DNA of 64,000 bases from sequence record NC_028999.1; one strand, written 5' to 3'. The notes under the pieces were generated by a model. It worked only from the letters and a program-made list of their open reading frames with translations. It was not told the DNA's origin and made no database searches. This document shows, one piece after another, positions 18,114 to 28,326 of this stretch. Positions within the stretch are counted from its first letter, which is position 1. Each line of letters starts with the position of its first letter. Position numbers and translations under genes: made by a program.

Positions 18114-21022
18114 TAACTCAATACCTCATGCTTGAGGAAGTTGAATTGGATGTCATCTTCCACAGTGAGTTCTTGGTTGGGGAGTACCACTAGTTTCTTA
18201 CGGATAGCTAGACGAACTGCATCATCTTCCACTGTAAGAATGCTGTAGTTAGCCGAACCACCAAGACCACTGAACTCGATTGCCATGACTTGATCCCCAG
18301 AGGTTTCTTCAAGCTTAGCCACAATATCCGATACCGATACAGTTTTGCGAACGATTAGGTCGTTAGTAATGATCTTACCGTTGCTGATATAGCTCGGACG
18401 AATTGCAGAGTTCTTGTACTCGGACGGTGTCAGGTACATAGTGATCGCAAAGGCTTGGTCCACTGGAATGGTTGCCTTTTGACCCTCACGTACTGTAACA
18501 ACCGTATCACCGTAAGTCGTAGTCGGATACAAGAACAACTCACACTTCTCCAGCAATTGCCGGTTCAGTAGATCAATGTCTGTTTGCAACCAACCCACGA
18601 ATTCCATAGGGATCTGAGAACGATAGTTGGAGGCAGCTTGTTCCGTTGCAAAGTAGAACAGCCCATCCACCATTAGCAGTGTGATTTCTCGCAACAGTTT
18701 ACGAGGTGCAACCAGAATGGGGTTACCGTCTTTATCAAGCTTGACATCCCCTTTCTGATGCTTCTTCACTTGGTTTCCTTGGGCATCCAGAACCGGGTCA
18801 CCTTTCTTGTGAAGAATCTCGTAATCATAACCACCACCCGGCAAAGGCGTGATGATAACGTTACCATTACTGTCAGTAGCGTACTCGTTTTCTTCGTAGA
18901 ACGCCATGACATCGTATTCCCAATGCTGATAAGACTCATCTCCCAACACCGTACGACTACGACGCCAGATGCTGGTCATGTCGTAACCCAGTACGGTTTG
19001 CAGTCGTTCACGAGTTACCACCATATACTGCTGAGGCAGCAGATGACTTTGTACTAGGTCATCGAGTTCATTTGGTTGATAACCGGGAGTGATGGTATTC
19101 ACCACTAGGATGGAAACATCGAGGTTGCAATTCAAGGGCGTATAGAACCGATTCTGCGTTACGTCGAACATGGAGAGGTTGGTCGTATGCAGATGATGTA
19201 GTGAATCAATATCGTAGTTCGTATTGATGTCGAAGTAATACACCCTTTCGTTATCTTCCTTACCCATGTAGATGCCATTGACCGAAGCCCAGCGTGATTC
19301 ATTTGGCGGTTGATAACCGATCTGCAAAACGACTTGATCATCGTTTAGCTGCTTGAACTGATCACCAGTTTCCAGTTTGACAGTAATGCGATAACCTGCA
19401 TCAGTGCGAACAATATTGAACGAGTCAATCGTTGCTTGTAGGTTAGCTGTATCGTTCTCACCCACGAAGACCTTTTGTGTGATCGTCGGGTTATCCAAGT
19501 AGTAAGGACGCATCTCAAAGTTATTCGAGCTAGCATCCAGTACGTTGTGGAACGGTGAGTACATATACCGCCCAGCATTAACTTCCCGTGCAATGGTTTC
19601 AGCATTGCTGTTAACCAAACGGTCAATCTCAGCATCAGCTACCGTGGTAACCATCCCATTATAGAACCGGAACAGCATCGACGGTTTGATCGTAATACGG
19701 CTGTCATTATCAGCAACGTGTTCGGAACCCGCCAGTGAATCCATATCCAGTTTTAACTGAGACATGGCAACGCCTGCGCCTGAGACGATATCCAAACCAG
19801 CCGGTACACCCAGTCGACGAGAAGCCAAAAATTGTCGATTGGTAATGTTATCGATGTTTGATACCAGATCGTAACCACGACGAGTCAGTGTGGATTCCAG
19901 CTGCACGTTCGTAATAGGGATTTGGTTGTCGCCAAGTGTATTATTGATGACTTGATCACGCAGAGTAATAAAGTCAATCGACGCTGCACCACCATCTACC
20001 TTCTGTCGACTCATCGACTGAATCAAACCGAACGTATTCAATGGAGCAACGTACGTGGGGTCGTCGTCAATTGAATTGAACGTGTGCTTAAACTGATCAA
20101 TTTTGTACGCGGCCAGATCTCGCTCCAATCGACCCTTGGTTGTGTAGATATCCACACGAATGTCGCCAGTGGCCATCGCCATGTTGGTATAGACCGTTGG
20201 AATACTCACAGAGAGTTTTCCTGGCAGAACTTTGAATACTACAGTCAGGTTCAGTGGGTCATACACCAGATCGCTGTGAGTTGTCCGTACCTCTTCCCAA
20301 ACATCATCTTGGTTACGACTGATGTAAGCCCGCGCGTAATAGAAATTATCGGTGTAGGTGTACGAGGTTTGGAACAGCGAACTGGGGTTGAGCGTATCCG
20401 TGAAAGTTGTGACTTTGAAGTTCTGTACCGGAATATACAACGACATGACTTTACGTCCGTCGATGATCACCATTTCCCAATCAACCACGTTGGTACTCAG
20501 CGTAGCCACTGGTGAGATCGAGTCCTGTACATATTCAGCTGCGACACCACCGTGTCGCATTACCCGCAGTTCGATCGGGTACTGCATGGTAAAGGTAAGG
20601 TCAGCTACTGTGAACTCAGTTAAACGAGGAATAACCAGTTTCTTCAGGCCCTGGTCTCCATACGGGATAGCCTTAGCTAGAACTTCATCGTAAGCCAACA
20701 GTAGTTGCCAAGTAGTCGATGATGGTTCTGAGAATCGACCCAGGTAATCGTCATCCGACATGTGTCGATAGAGTTCGTCATTGGTGATGGCTAACCGGGG
20801 ATAGAGCTGACGCATCAACCCTTCCGTTTCGTTGATCGCCATACAGGTCTCTTGTACACTGCATTCAGCTGCGTATACAAATGGCATAGTTGCATCAGGG
20901 ATATCAAACGCCGCAGTCCCATTTGGATTCAATTGTGAATCCATCTCCTGAAGGACCAGTTGCTGCATCAATGCTGGATTACGACGTACATTGTACAGCC
21001 GTTCTCTGAAAGAAGAAGTCAC
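18113..21022 (-). CDS. virion structural protein, putative baseplate wedge (phiKZ gp87-like)
   Basis: 969 aa; size, orientation and synteny match the phiKZ-like core gene. Confidence 0.7.
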   Translation of the reverse strand: MTSSFRERLYNVRRNPALMQQLVLQEMDSQLNPNGTAAFDIPDATMPFVYAAECSVQETCMAINETEGLMRQLYPRLAITNDELYRHMSDDDYLGRFSEPSSTTWQLLLAYDEVLAKAIPYGDQGLKKLVIPRLTEFTVADLTFTMQYPIELRVMRHGGVAAEYVQDSISPVATLSTNVVDWEMVIIDGRKVMSLYIPVQNFKVTTFTDTLNPSSLFQTSYTYTDNFYYARAYISRNQDDVWEEVRTTHSDLVYDPLNLTVVFKVLPGKLSVSIPTVYTNMAMATGDIRVDIYTTKGRLERDLAAYKIDQFKHTFNSIDDDPTYVAPLNTFGLIQSMSRQKVDGGAASIDFITLRDQVINNTLGDNQIPITNVQLESTLTRRGYDLVSNIDNITNRQFLASRRLGVPAGLDIVSGAGVAMSQLKLDMDSLAGSEHVADNDSRITIKPSMLFRFYNGMVTTVADAEIDRLVNSNAETIAREVNAGRYMYSPFHNVLDASSNNFEMRPYYLDNPTITQKVFVGENDTANLQATIDSFNIVRTDAGYRITVKLETGDQFKQLNDDQVVLQIGYQPPNESRWASVNGIYMGKEDNERVYYFDINTNYDIDSLHHLHTTNLSMFDVTQNRFYTPLNCNLDVSILVVNTITPGYQPNELDDLVQSHLLPQQYMVVTRERLQTVLGYDMTSIWRRSRTVLGDESYQHWEYDVMAFYEENEYATDSNGNVIITPLPGGGYDYEILHKKGDPVLDAQGNQVKKHQKGDVKLDKDGNPILVAPRKLLREITLLMVDGLFYFATEQAASNYRSQIPMEFVGWLQTDIDLLNRQLLEKCELFLYPTTTYGDTVVTVREGQKATIPVDQAFAITMYLTPSEYKNSAIRPSYISNGKIITNDLIVRKTVSVSDIVAKLEETSGDQVMAIEFSGLGGSANYSILTVEDDAVRLAIRKKLVVLPNQELTVEDDIQFNFLKHEVLS

Positions 21023-21036
21023 AGGTGTTACCTCAA

Positions 21037-22077
21037 TTAAGATTTGTACGGTCTGGTCAGGTTACCACCAACACGCGCGTTATAGACCTCGACTGGCACA
21101 TGCCATTCTAGTTCCATATTGGCAGCATTGATGTAGGGATAAGCTTGGAAGTTGAACCACTGCTTTTCATGGGCTTGCAATTTAACTGTCAGGCGACCAC
21201 GTTTCCCATCTCGCATCAGACCATTGAAAGTTTCAACTAGGTCATTAAACTCATAGATCAAGATGTGATCGTAAATTGTCATACCCATACAACGGAAGCT
21301 GAAGTTCAGCTGATCATTGGCAACCTGGAACGGTGTCTCAGAACCGTCACCGGTGTAGTTCATGATCTGTCCAGTTGGAGAGTTCATAGGCAGTGCAGCA
21401 CCACATGCAGCAATGCGGGTTACGAAAGTTTTCGTTTGGTCCATAACCAGACGATAGATTCGTGTATTGGCATCGTATTCATTCCGCATCAGCAGGTCAG
21501 GATAGGGTAAAATACGACCTTCTCGATTAAGGCCCATATAGACAAGCCAAATGTAGAACATCCATGATATAGGATCGCCAGAAATATTGCGGAATGTCGC
21601 TTGTAGGTCGAAAGTGTTGTACTGGTATGGTACATCATCGACATACGACATTGCATCGCGGTAAACACCAGCGGTCGTCGTCGCAAGGTTTATAGTGAAG
21701 TCTTCCCAACCCGTTAAACTAATTAGGTTGTTAGACAGCAGTGGGATGAATGGATTCAACGGATCTACCCCACCACACCAAGCATCGCCACCGTTCTTAT
21801 GTGCCCTCGGGTCTAAGTATGCCCTGACCATTCGTTCGATACTGAGCGCATTGGGGTTTAGTATCTGAGACAATCGACGGTCTACCATGCAGTTCTGATC
21901 AGATAAATTCAACAATGGTCTGGTAAAGAACGTATAGCCATGGTTCTCGGTGTTTAGTGCGATCGCGTTATTGCGTCCAGTGATGTTTAGACCCTTGAAA
22001 GAGTCATCAACTGACTGGTCGCGCGGCGACATCCCAATGTTCTGGGAAATTTGCTTTAAATAATCTGTTAGTGCCAT
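21037..22077 (-). CDS. virion structural protein, tail tube-like/initiator (phiKZ gp88-like)
   Basis: GYTFFTRPLLNLS, FIPLLSN, DLQATFRNISGDP; synteny. Confidence 0.7.
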   Translation of the reverse strand: MALTDYLKQISQNIGMSPRDQSVDDSFKGLNITGRNNAIALNTENHGYTFFTRPLLNLSDQNCMVDRRLSQILNPNALSIERMVRAYLDPRAHKNGGDAWCGGVDPLNPFIPLLSNNLISLTGWEDFTINLATTTAGVYRDAMSYVDDVPYQYNTFDLQATFRNISGDPISWMFYIWLVYMGLNREGRILPYPDLLMRNEYDANTRIYRLVMDQTKTFVTRIAACGAALPMNSPTGQIMNYTGDGSETPFQVANDQLNFSFRCMGMTIYDHILIYEFNDLVETFNGLMRDGKRGRLTVKLQAHEKQWFNFQAYPYINAANMELEWHVPVEVYNARVGGNLTRPYKS

Positions 22078-22118
22078 TTTTTTAAAACTCTCTGCGGATC
22101 AACAAAGGAAGAGAACAA

Positions 22119-23279
22119 ATGCTACCTATTGGTGCGGCAATTGGCGGAGCCGCAGGTTCCGCCGCTGGCGGCCTCATGGCCACCGTATTTAACCTTGCTA
22201 AGAACGGCATGGAAGTAGGGTCCCTTGCTGACCTGGCTCGCCCGTGTCGTGTTGAGCCGCTGGCTATCATCGATAGTGCATTGGCTGATCAACCTTACAT
22301 GCAAGACCTGATGAAAATGGGTCTGTCGCAGTTCGCTGGTTATTACCTGCAAGCTGTGAACATGGTTCTCGGTGTTGGTAAGATCGACACCCTGAAAGTG
22401 TTCGATTCGCTGAACCCGTATCGTTCAGTCGGCGGCGGTATTGATGTCCGTCAAGCGGCCTTCTCGAAAGAAACTTACTTGGACGGTCTGCCGTCTCTGG
22501 AAAGCTTCAATGAGCGTATGCGTCCTGATACTATCGCGGAATACTCCATGGAGAAATTCCAAGCGGGTCGTGATGACGCTGATACCTCTAAGGATACCGA
22601 CGCTGGTAAGTCGATGAGTTCCGGTGATGGTGGTAAGATTTACGAGACTGAGAATCTGGCAGTGGGTAAACTGCTGAACGTGGAAATCAAAGACGGTGAC
22701 CAGAAAGCAAAGTTGCCTGTTCTGATTCGTCTAATCCCGGCTGCTGTTCCGTCTCAGACTCTGACTCATATCTTTACCGCAGGCGGTCGTGACTCTTGGG
22801 CTCACCGTTACTTCCTGGTGAAGACTGGTCAGCTGCGCTTCTGGCGTGATTTCATTATGGGTCAAGACATGATCGATGCGCATTTCCAAGCATTGATGAA
22901 AGACCAATCGGGTGTCTATAAGACCATTACCGATCGTCGTCGCAATAACATGTCTAAAGCTTTCCAAAGTGGTCGTGTATCCATGGCGGACGCTTCCAAC
23001 ATTGCTATCATCTCTGCTACAACCATGAAGCAGACCGCGAATGCACTGTATGCGAAGATGGATGATTTCAATGTCCGTCAGAAGATCTTTGACAACAGCT
23101 ATCTGCTGATGCTGATGGTTGTAGATGAGCGCTGGCAGCGTGTTACCGTTTACCATCGCGGTGTAGACCTCTCCTCCAGCTATCGTCTGGATGAAGTCAA
23201 GATGGCTGAGAAGTCGAAGGGTCAGGATATCACTGAGATCTTCAAGCTGTTCAGCAAACAAATGCAAACCAATATCTAA
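22119..23279 (+). CDS. internal head protein (phiKZ gp89-like)
   Basis: SKE, SLE and SME sites; divergent from the gp88-like gene; synteny. Confidence 0.75.
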   Translation: MLPIGAAIGGAAGSAAGGLMATVFNLAKNGMEVGSLADLARPCRVEPLAIIDSALADQPYMQDLMKMGLSQFAGYYLQAVNMVLGVGKIDTLKVFDSLNPYRSVGGGIDVRQAAFSKETYLDGLPSLESFNERMRPDTIAEYSMEKFQAGRDDADTSKDTDAGKSMSSGDGGKIYETENLAVGKLLNVEIKDGDQKAKLPVLIRLIPAAVPSQTLTHIFTAGGRDSWAHRYFLVKTGQLRFWRDFIMGQDMIDAHFQALMKDQSGVYKTITDRRRNNMSKAFQSGRVSMADASNIAIISATTMKQTANALYAKMDDFNVRQKIFDNSYLLMLMVVDERWQRVTVYHRGVDLSSSYRLDEVKMAEKSKGQDITEIFKLFSKQMQTNI

Positions 23280-23294
23280 GTCAAGGACATCGCG

Positions 23295-24188
23295 ATGAGT
23301 CTTCTTACATATGTCCGCTCTCTCGCTCCTGTCATTGAACGTCGGGATCTGATGAACATCATCGACAATCTGGAACTGGAGTATGAAGATACCCTGGCTC
23401 CGATTCTGGCTGATGTGCGAGAAGCTTTTGGTGGTCGCCCTCTGAAGAGCATGTTGGCTCGACGCATGGATGTTGCCATGCGTCGCAACGTGAACTTCAG
23501 TGGTTCGGTGGTTGATGTCATTATCAACTCCCTGACCAATGTTAAATCAGCTTTTGAATTCCTGCGTCGTGAAACGCGTGCTCTGTTCAGTGTTCAGTTT
23601 ACTAACTCAAACCTGACCTTTGACCGAGCTAACCTACTTAAGTTCGTTGAAGCCCTGGCTTTCTACGTTCGTTACGGTCGTAAGTTCCTGCTCTACGTAG
23701 TGGGTCAAGAAGCTGCTACTGTCGGTAAGGCCACGATCTCTCGTTGGACCTCTGCTGAAAACGAATGGATTGAGTCTAACATGTCTCAATTCACCGCATT
23801 GTTCCCGACCATGAACCTGCCGGGTAGCGAACTCAAGTCTCGTATGTCTCGTGCATCTTCGGCTACCATTGACGACAGTACTTTCCAACTGGCTCAAGGT
23901 TTGGGCGCTGCTAAGACTGATCCGCTGAATCTGTCGGGCTTCTCTCCGCGTCAAAACCCCTTCCTGATCATCGGCAAGCTGATTGCCGAAATGCAGGCAG
24001 AGCGTTACAAGAACGCCAAGGAAGAATACTTCGGTCTGCAACTGCGTCTGCAAGAACTGCGCGAGCTAGCCGCTGGCGGTCAAGCTAATCCGCAACTGCA
24101 ACGTGAAATCGAAGCTTACGAACGCCGTGCTTCCAGCTATGAATTCGAGATCGCACAGATCGAAGAGAAAGCTGGCATTGCTAGTTAA
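23295..24188 (+). CDS. internal head protein (phiKZ gp90-like)
   Basis: 297 aa, highly expressed codon usage, C-terminal coiled coil; synteny. Confidence 0.75.
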   Translation: MSLLTYVRSLAPVIERRDLMNIIDNLELEYEDTLAPILADVREAFGGRPLKSMLARRMDVAMRRNVNFSGSVVDVIINSLTNVKSAFEFLRRETRALFSVQFTNSNLTFDRANLLKFVEALAFYVRYGRKFLLYVVGQEAATVGKATISRWTSAENEWIESNMSQFTALFPTMNLPGSELKSRMSRASSATIDDSTFQLAQGLGAAKTDPLNLSGFSPRQNPFLIIGKLIAEMQAERYKNAKEEYFGLQLRLQELRELAAGGQANPQLQREIEAYERRASSYEFEIAQIEEKAGIAS

Positions 24189-24193
24189 GGAGA

Positions 24194-24736
24194 ATGGTCA
24201 TGGGTCAGCCTACTAATTCCGTGAAACCATTCGACGCTAATAAAGAGTACACAGGGGGGCAATACAAAGCCTCCCAGCGTTTCACAATGCGTCAAGGTGA
24301 TCCGCGTGTTCATGACTTGTTCGTGGAATACACCAATTTTCCACAGCGGACTGTTTATTGGGAATTCCGTAAACAAGTAATCGATCTGGCATTGGTTCTG
24401 TTTGGTGGTAACTATAATTGGTTCCTGCGTCAAGACCATAATGCCACTCTGACTGGGGTCAATTACGACTTCCTGCTCGATACTGTACGTTTCATTGCTA
24501 CTGGTAAGCGTCGTGTGAACCTGCATACCTGGCCAGCTCTGCTGACGTATGAACCCACGCAGCCTATCAACGTAGAAGAACGCCGCAATATTGCTGGTCT
24601 CTTCCATGAACTGAATCTCAGTCTGGACACCAAAGCGATTATCCAGAAATGGTGTACGCATAAAGGTGGTTTCGATGACCTCATGTACACCATGAATATG
24701 CTCTTTGGCACAGTACCTGAGAAAGTCAACAAGTAA
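24194..24736 (+). CDS. conserved hypothetical protein (gp91 position)
   Basis: AGGAG RBS; lies within the operon. Confidence 0.75.
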   Translation: MVMGQPTNSVKPFDANKEYTGGQYKASQRFTMRQGDPRVHDLFVEYTNFPQRTVYWEFRKQVIDLALVLFGGNYNWFLRQDHNATLTGVNYDFLLDTVRFIATGKRRVNLHTWPALLTYEPTQPINVEERRNIAGLFHELNLSLDTKAIIQKWCTHKGGFDDLMYTMNMLFGTVPEKVNK

Positions 24737-24746
24737 AGGAGGGTCC

Positions 24747-26063
24747 ATGGTTGACTCTATTGTTAACCAAACCCAACCTGAGCATCTCGACGGGGTAGAA
24801 CCCGTCGATTTGCCCGTCTCGCCCGAAGACCAAACTAAGTTGGAGTCAATTGACATTAGCTTAGAGGCATTTCATGCAGAATTGGATAGACTGGAGAAAC
24901 TAGATCACTTTATCCACAGTGATACGGGTAAACAGTCTCCAGAGATGCTGCGTTATGCCGTGGAGAAGTTCGGATTTGCGGACGCGATCTCGACGGAAGA
25001 CATTACCGATTCCGCCAAGCAGGTATGGGACCGCACTAAGTACAATTTAAAGCGATTCCAGAGCGATTTGTACGGTTACGCTAAGGTTCTCCAGAGTGGG
25101 AACGATCGCATCGTAGAGCGCATTTCTATGCTTTATGACACGGCCTCCAATATCAAGGATAAGCCGTATCAAGAAGAGATTGAAATTCGTAAGAACGCTA
25201 AGTTCGGTATTGACGGTAAGTTTGAACCGCATGACATTCGTCCAGTGATGATTCAAACGCAGAACCTTCTGGACTTCTATGATAAAGTCCTATTGCCGTA
25301 CATGGCCATGATCGATAAGATGATCAACAATTTATCGTTCGATGAAAAATGGACTGAAGACGCTACGATCGACTTTAGTATCTTCTACGCTAAGCGTTGG
25401 CTCAAGGGGGCACTCCCGGTTGAGAATGATCAACGCTTTCGTGTGAATGCTTCAGTGTTTCGGTCAGACTTGACTCAAGGCAATCGTTCTATTTACTTCT
25501 CGGGCCCTACTGAGGCGGAAACGGACAAGATCCAAGACTGGGCTTTTATGGTGAATACAATTCGGGATTTCCGATTTAAGTATTACACTGTACCGGAACA
25601 AAAGCCGGTTAACCCGGAAGACAACAAGATCGAAGTCCCTGCATCAAATCAGATCCGTCAACGTTTAGGTGTATTGATGGGCCTGGCCAAACGTCTACAA
25701 GCTCGGAAGGGTTATGACCAGAAGCTTTCTGCCGCATTACGTAAGCTGGAACAATCAGCTGATCGGGTACGCAGTAAAGCCGGTCAAATAAGGACCATGG
25801 ATAATAATGACCCTAACAGCCCAACTAATCGGCCAACCGAGGCAAAGAACGAAGCTCGCCCTGCCGTATCGAATGTAATCCATGATTTGACGATGATCCT
25901 GAACAACGTGACACGTATGATCACCGATTACAATAATGCCCTGGCTGGGATGATTCGCTTAATTAGTGGATTGGCATTCATTGCTGACCTGGAACTCAAG
26001 GCCTTCCAAGCACCTTTGCGAAAGCCTACTGAGGAAGAACAAAAGCGTCTCGCTCCAAGATGA
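24747..26063 (+). CDS. internal head protein (gp92 position)
   Basis: AAGGAGG RBS; SLE and STE propeptide sites. Confidence 0.72.
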   Translation: MVDSIVNQTQPEHLDGVEPVDLPVSPEDQTKLESIDISLEAFHAELDRLEKLDHFIHSDTGKQSPEMLRYAVEKFGFADAISTEDITDSAKQVWDRTKYNLKRFQSDLYGYAKVLQSGNDRIVERISMLYDTASNIKDKPYQEEIEIRKNAKFGIDGKFEPHDIRPVMIQTQNLLDFYDKVLLPYMAMIDKMINNLSFDEKWTEDATIDFSIFYAKRWLKGALPVENDQRFRVNASVFRSDLTQGNRSIYFSGPTEAETDKIQDWAFMVNTIRDFRFKYYTVPEQKPVNPEDNKIEVPASNQIRQRLGVLMGLAKRLQARKGYDQKLSAALRKLEQSADRVRSKAGQIRTMDNNDPNSPTNRPTEAKNEARPAVSNVIHDLTMILNNVTRMITDYNNALAGMIRLISGLAFIADLELKAFQAPLRKPTEEEQKRLAPR

Positions 26064-26100
26064 CATAAACGGGAACCGTATGGTTCCCTTTATGCTATGT
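26063..26100 (+). terminator. terminator followed by TATG late-promoter-like motif
   Basis: CATAAACGGGAACC-GTAT-GGTTCCCTTTATGCTATGT; nearly identical to 28261-28298. Confidence 0.7.
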
Positions 26101-26126
26101 TATTCAGATACTCATGAGTACTAGAC

Positions 26127-27092
26127 ATGATTCATAACCTCGCATTCCACTTGGGCAACGAAGATTTCGCCGATGCTCATGAACCCCTGTTTGATGGCAC
26201 TGGCGAACCGCCAAGCATCGAAACTCAAAAGAACGACCAAGACTCAGTAGGTACAGGGGAAACTGCCCCAGCTGCCGAAAGTCCGGATACCCCGGAACAG
26301 AAACCCCAGCCGGAAGAAACTGCTGAAGCTGAAACCCCAGAAGACTCGGGTGAAGCTGAATCGGTTAAAGCCTCGGAACTGGAGCACGAGAAAGTAGAAG
26401 ACGTTGAGGCCGAAGAGAAACCTCTGGACGAATCTACTACAGCTCTGGAAAACTATATGCCAAAAGCAGTGCAGTCGGCTATCCTTGGTTTCTCCAAGCG
26501 TGAACGCACTGTACTGGGTAGCCATGTCAAGCGTATCCATCGCCTGGCTGGTACAAAACGCTCTGCTGACGAATCCATCTCTCTGGAATCTCTGGCTGAA
26601 GCTGTAGTCATCGGTAAAGCTCGTCTGATCGACCTGCGGGTACAGAAGGCCCATCATCGCTTTGCTGTATCCAACGAAGCTGTTGCTTCGGTACAAGCTC
26701 TGACCACGACTAAAGATCTCCCCAAACACCCTAAGGAGAATCAAGTATTCCATGTGAATGGTGTTGACTGGGTATTCTCTAAAGGCCAATGGGTAACTCG
26801 CCAAGGCATCTACGGTTTTGAAGACATTGATCCGACCTACTCGGTTCCGAAGACTGAGGCAGATTGCGACAATGCTCCTTTGGCACATGACATGATCCAG
26901 GGCGGTGAATTCGCTGAACCCGTTGATCAAGTTGAAGTGATCCCGGCTCTGGAAGCCTACGACCGTCTGCTAACTAAATACAAGCCTGCCCTGACTGAGC
27001 GTGCTTGTGGCGTAGTGGTAGCAGGTATTGAGCGCGCTGCAAAACTCAGCGGTATGAAAAGCGGCACTGTGTCCGTTGAGGCGTACCGTTAA
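26127..27092 (+). CDS. acidic head-associated protein, propeptide-like along its whole length
   Basis: Many [S/A/G]xE sites; ends just after the family block ALEAYDRLL..VVVAGIERAA..SVEAYR. Confidence 0.65.
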   Translation: MIHNLAFHLGNEDFADAHEPLFDGTGEPPSIETQKNDQDSVGTGETAPAAESPDTPEQKPQPEETAEAETPEDSGEAESVKASELEHEKVEDVEAEEKPLDESTTALENYMPKAVQSAILGFSKRERTVLGSHVKRIHRLAGTKRSADESISLESLAEAVVIGKARLIDLRVQKAHHRFAVSNEAVASVQALTTTKDLPKHPKENQVFHVNGVDWVFSKGQWVTRQGIYGFEDIDPTYSVPKTEADCDNAPLAHDMIQGGEFAEPVDQVEVIPALEAYDRLLTKYKPALTERACGVVVAGIERAAKLSGMKSGTVSVEAYR

Positions 27093-27143
27093 AATGAAGG
27101 GGGCTTCGGCTCCCTTTATGCTAACACTAATCGAGAAACACCC

Positions 27144-28259
27144 ATGAGCAACTCAGCTTTCGTAGATAAAGCTTTTAAAGAAATTGATCGCTTGGAGCGC
27201 GCCCAAGCTGCCCTAGAGGGTTATTTGGATCTGATTAAGGAAGCAGGGCCCAGAGGTTTGTCGAAACAAGCAGCGGCGATTATGCACACCGGCCTTGAGC
27301 ACATCGACGTTACTTGCGGCTTGACAGTGCGGGCCACTGGTATGGAGTCGTATGACGCTACTCCTCGCTCGGCGATGGAGGCCGTAAACGTTGATACCAA
27401 AGCGATCGCTAACCGCGCTCGTGAAATTGGTGCCAAGATCCTGGAATGGATTAAGAAGATCTTCACTGCGGTACAGCATAAGTTTAACAAGCTGTCAAGT
27501 GGTGTAGCTGCAATGGAGAGTGAGTCCGGTAAAGTTACCGAAGCTCTCAAGGCTATTAAAGGTGACTTGCCTGATAAGATCAACCTGGCTAATAATCCGT
27601 GGATGTACCTGGACAAAGAGTTCGTTGGTTTTGAACTAACCGACGCTGAGGCCAACGTACTCAAAGAACTCAAGCAAGGTTTGGAAATCAGCTACAAGAA
27701 AATTGTAGAGCCGATCATTGCTGGGTTACGGGATCATGGCATTAGTCCCTTTGTAACCGATGTTATCAGAGACACCATGACACGTATTCAAATCCATAAT
27801 CCGCCTGCGGTCGAATTACCAGGTAACTTTAAATTCAGGCGCAATGGCTTCCGTTTCAAGATCAAGATGGATAACGATTTTGCGGACAGGGCAGCAGTCA
27901 GTGCATTGGTTGGCTCCACCGGGACGCATGATGTGGATGTTCCGTCGTTATCTGAACTTCGTAATCAGTGGGAACGTAAGATCGTTCCTCACATTCATGC
28001 CCTTGGTAATCCGCAAAGCTTTGGTCTGATTGAGAAGATCCGTGATGATCTGACTAAGGCATTGGTTGACGTTCGTAAACATAAGAACTTCGATGAAGAT
28101 CAGTTCAAGAAAATTCAGGCAGCCATATCTGAGTTTGTCAAGGAACTGAATCCCGATGATTACTTCACAGTAACTCGACAACTAGTTTTGTGCTTGCGAG
28201 CCAAATTCAAGGCATATCACGCCGTACTCAATGCAGTCAACAAAAGTGGCGAAGAGTAA
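27144..28259 (+). CDS. internal head paralog (phiKZ gp93-family)
   Basis: ALEGYLDLIKEAGPRGLSKQAAAIM...GMESYDATPRSA. Confidence 0.8.
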   Translation: MSNSAFVDKAFKEIDRLERAQAALEGYLDLIKEAGPRGLSKQAAAIMHTGLEHIDVTCGLTVRATGMESYDATPRSAMEAVNVDTKAIANRAREIGAKILEWIKKIFTAVQHKFNKLSSGVAAMESESGKVTEALKAIKGDLPDKINLANNPWMYLDKEFVGFELTDAEANVLKELKQGLEISYKKIVEPIIAGLRDHGISPFVTDVIRDTMTRIQIHNPPAVELPGNFKFRRNGFRFKIKMDNDFADRAAVSALVGSTGTHDVDVPSLSELRNQWERKIVPHIHALGNPQSFGLIEKIRDDLTKALVDVRKHKNFDEDQFKKIQAAISEFVKELNPDDYFTVTRQLVLCLRAKFKAYHAVLNAVNKSGEE

Positions 28260-28326
28260 TCATAAACGGGAACCTTCGGGTTCCCTTTATGCTATGTTAA
28301 CATACACCTTGCAAGGGTTTAAACAA

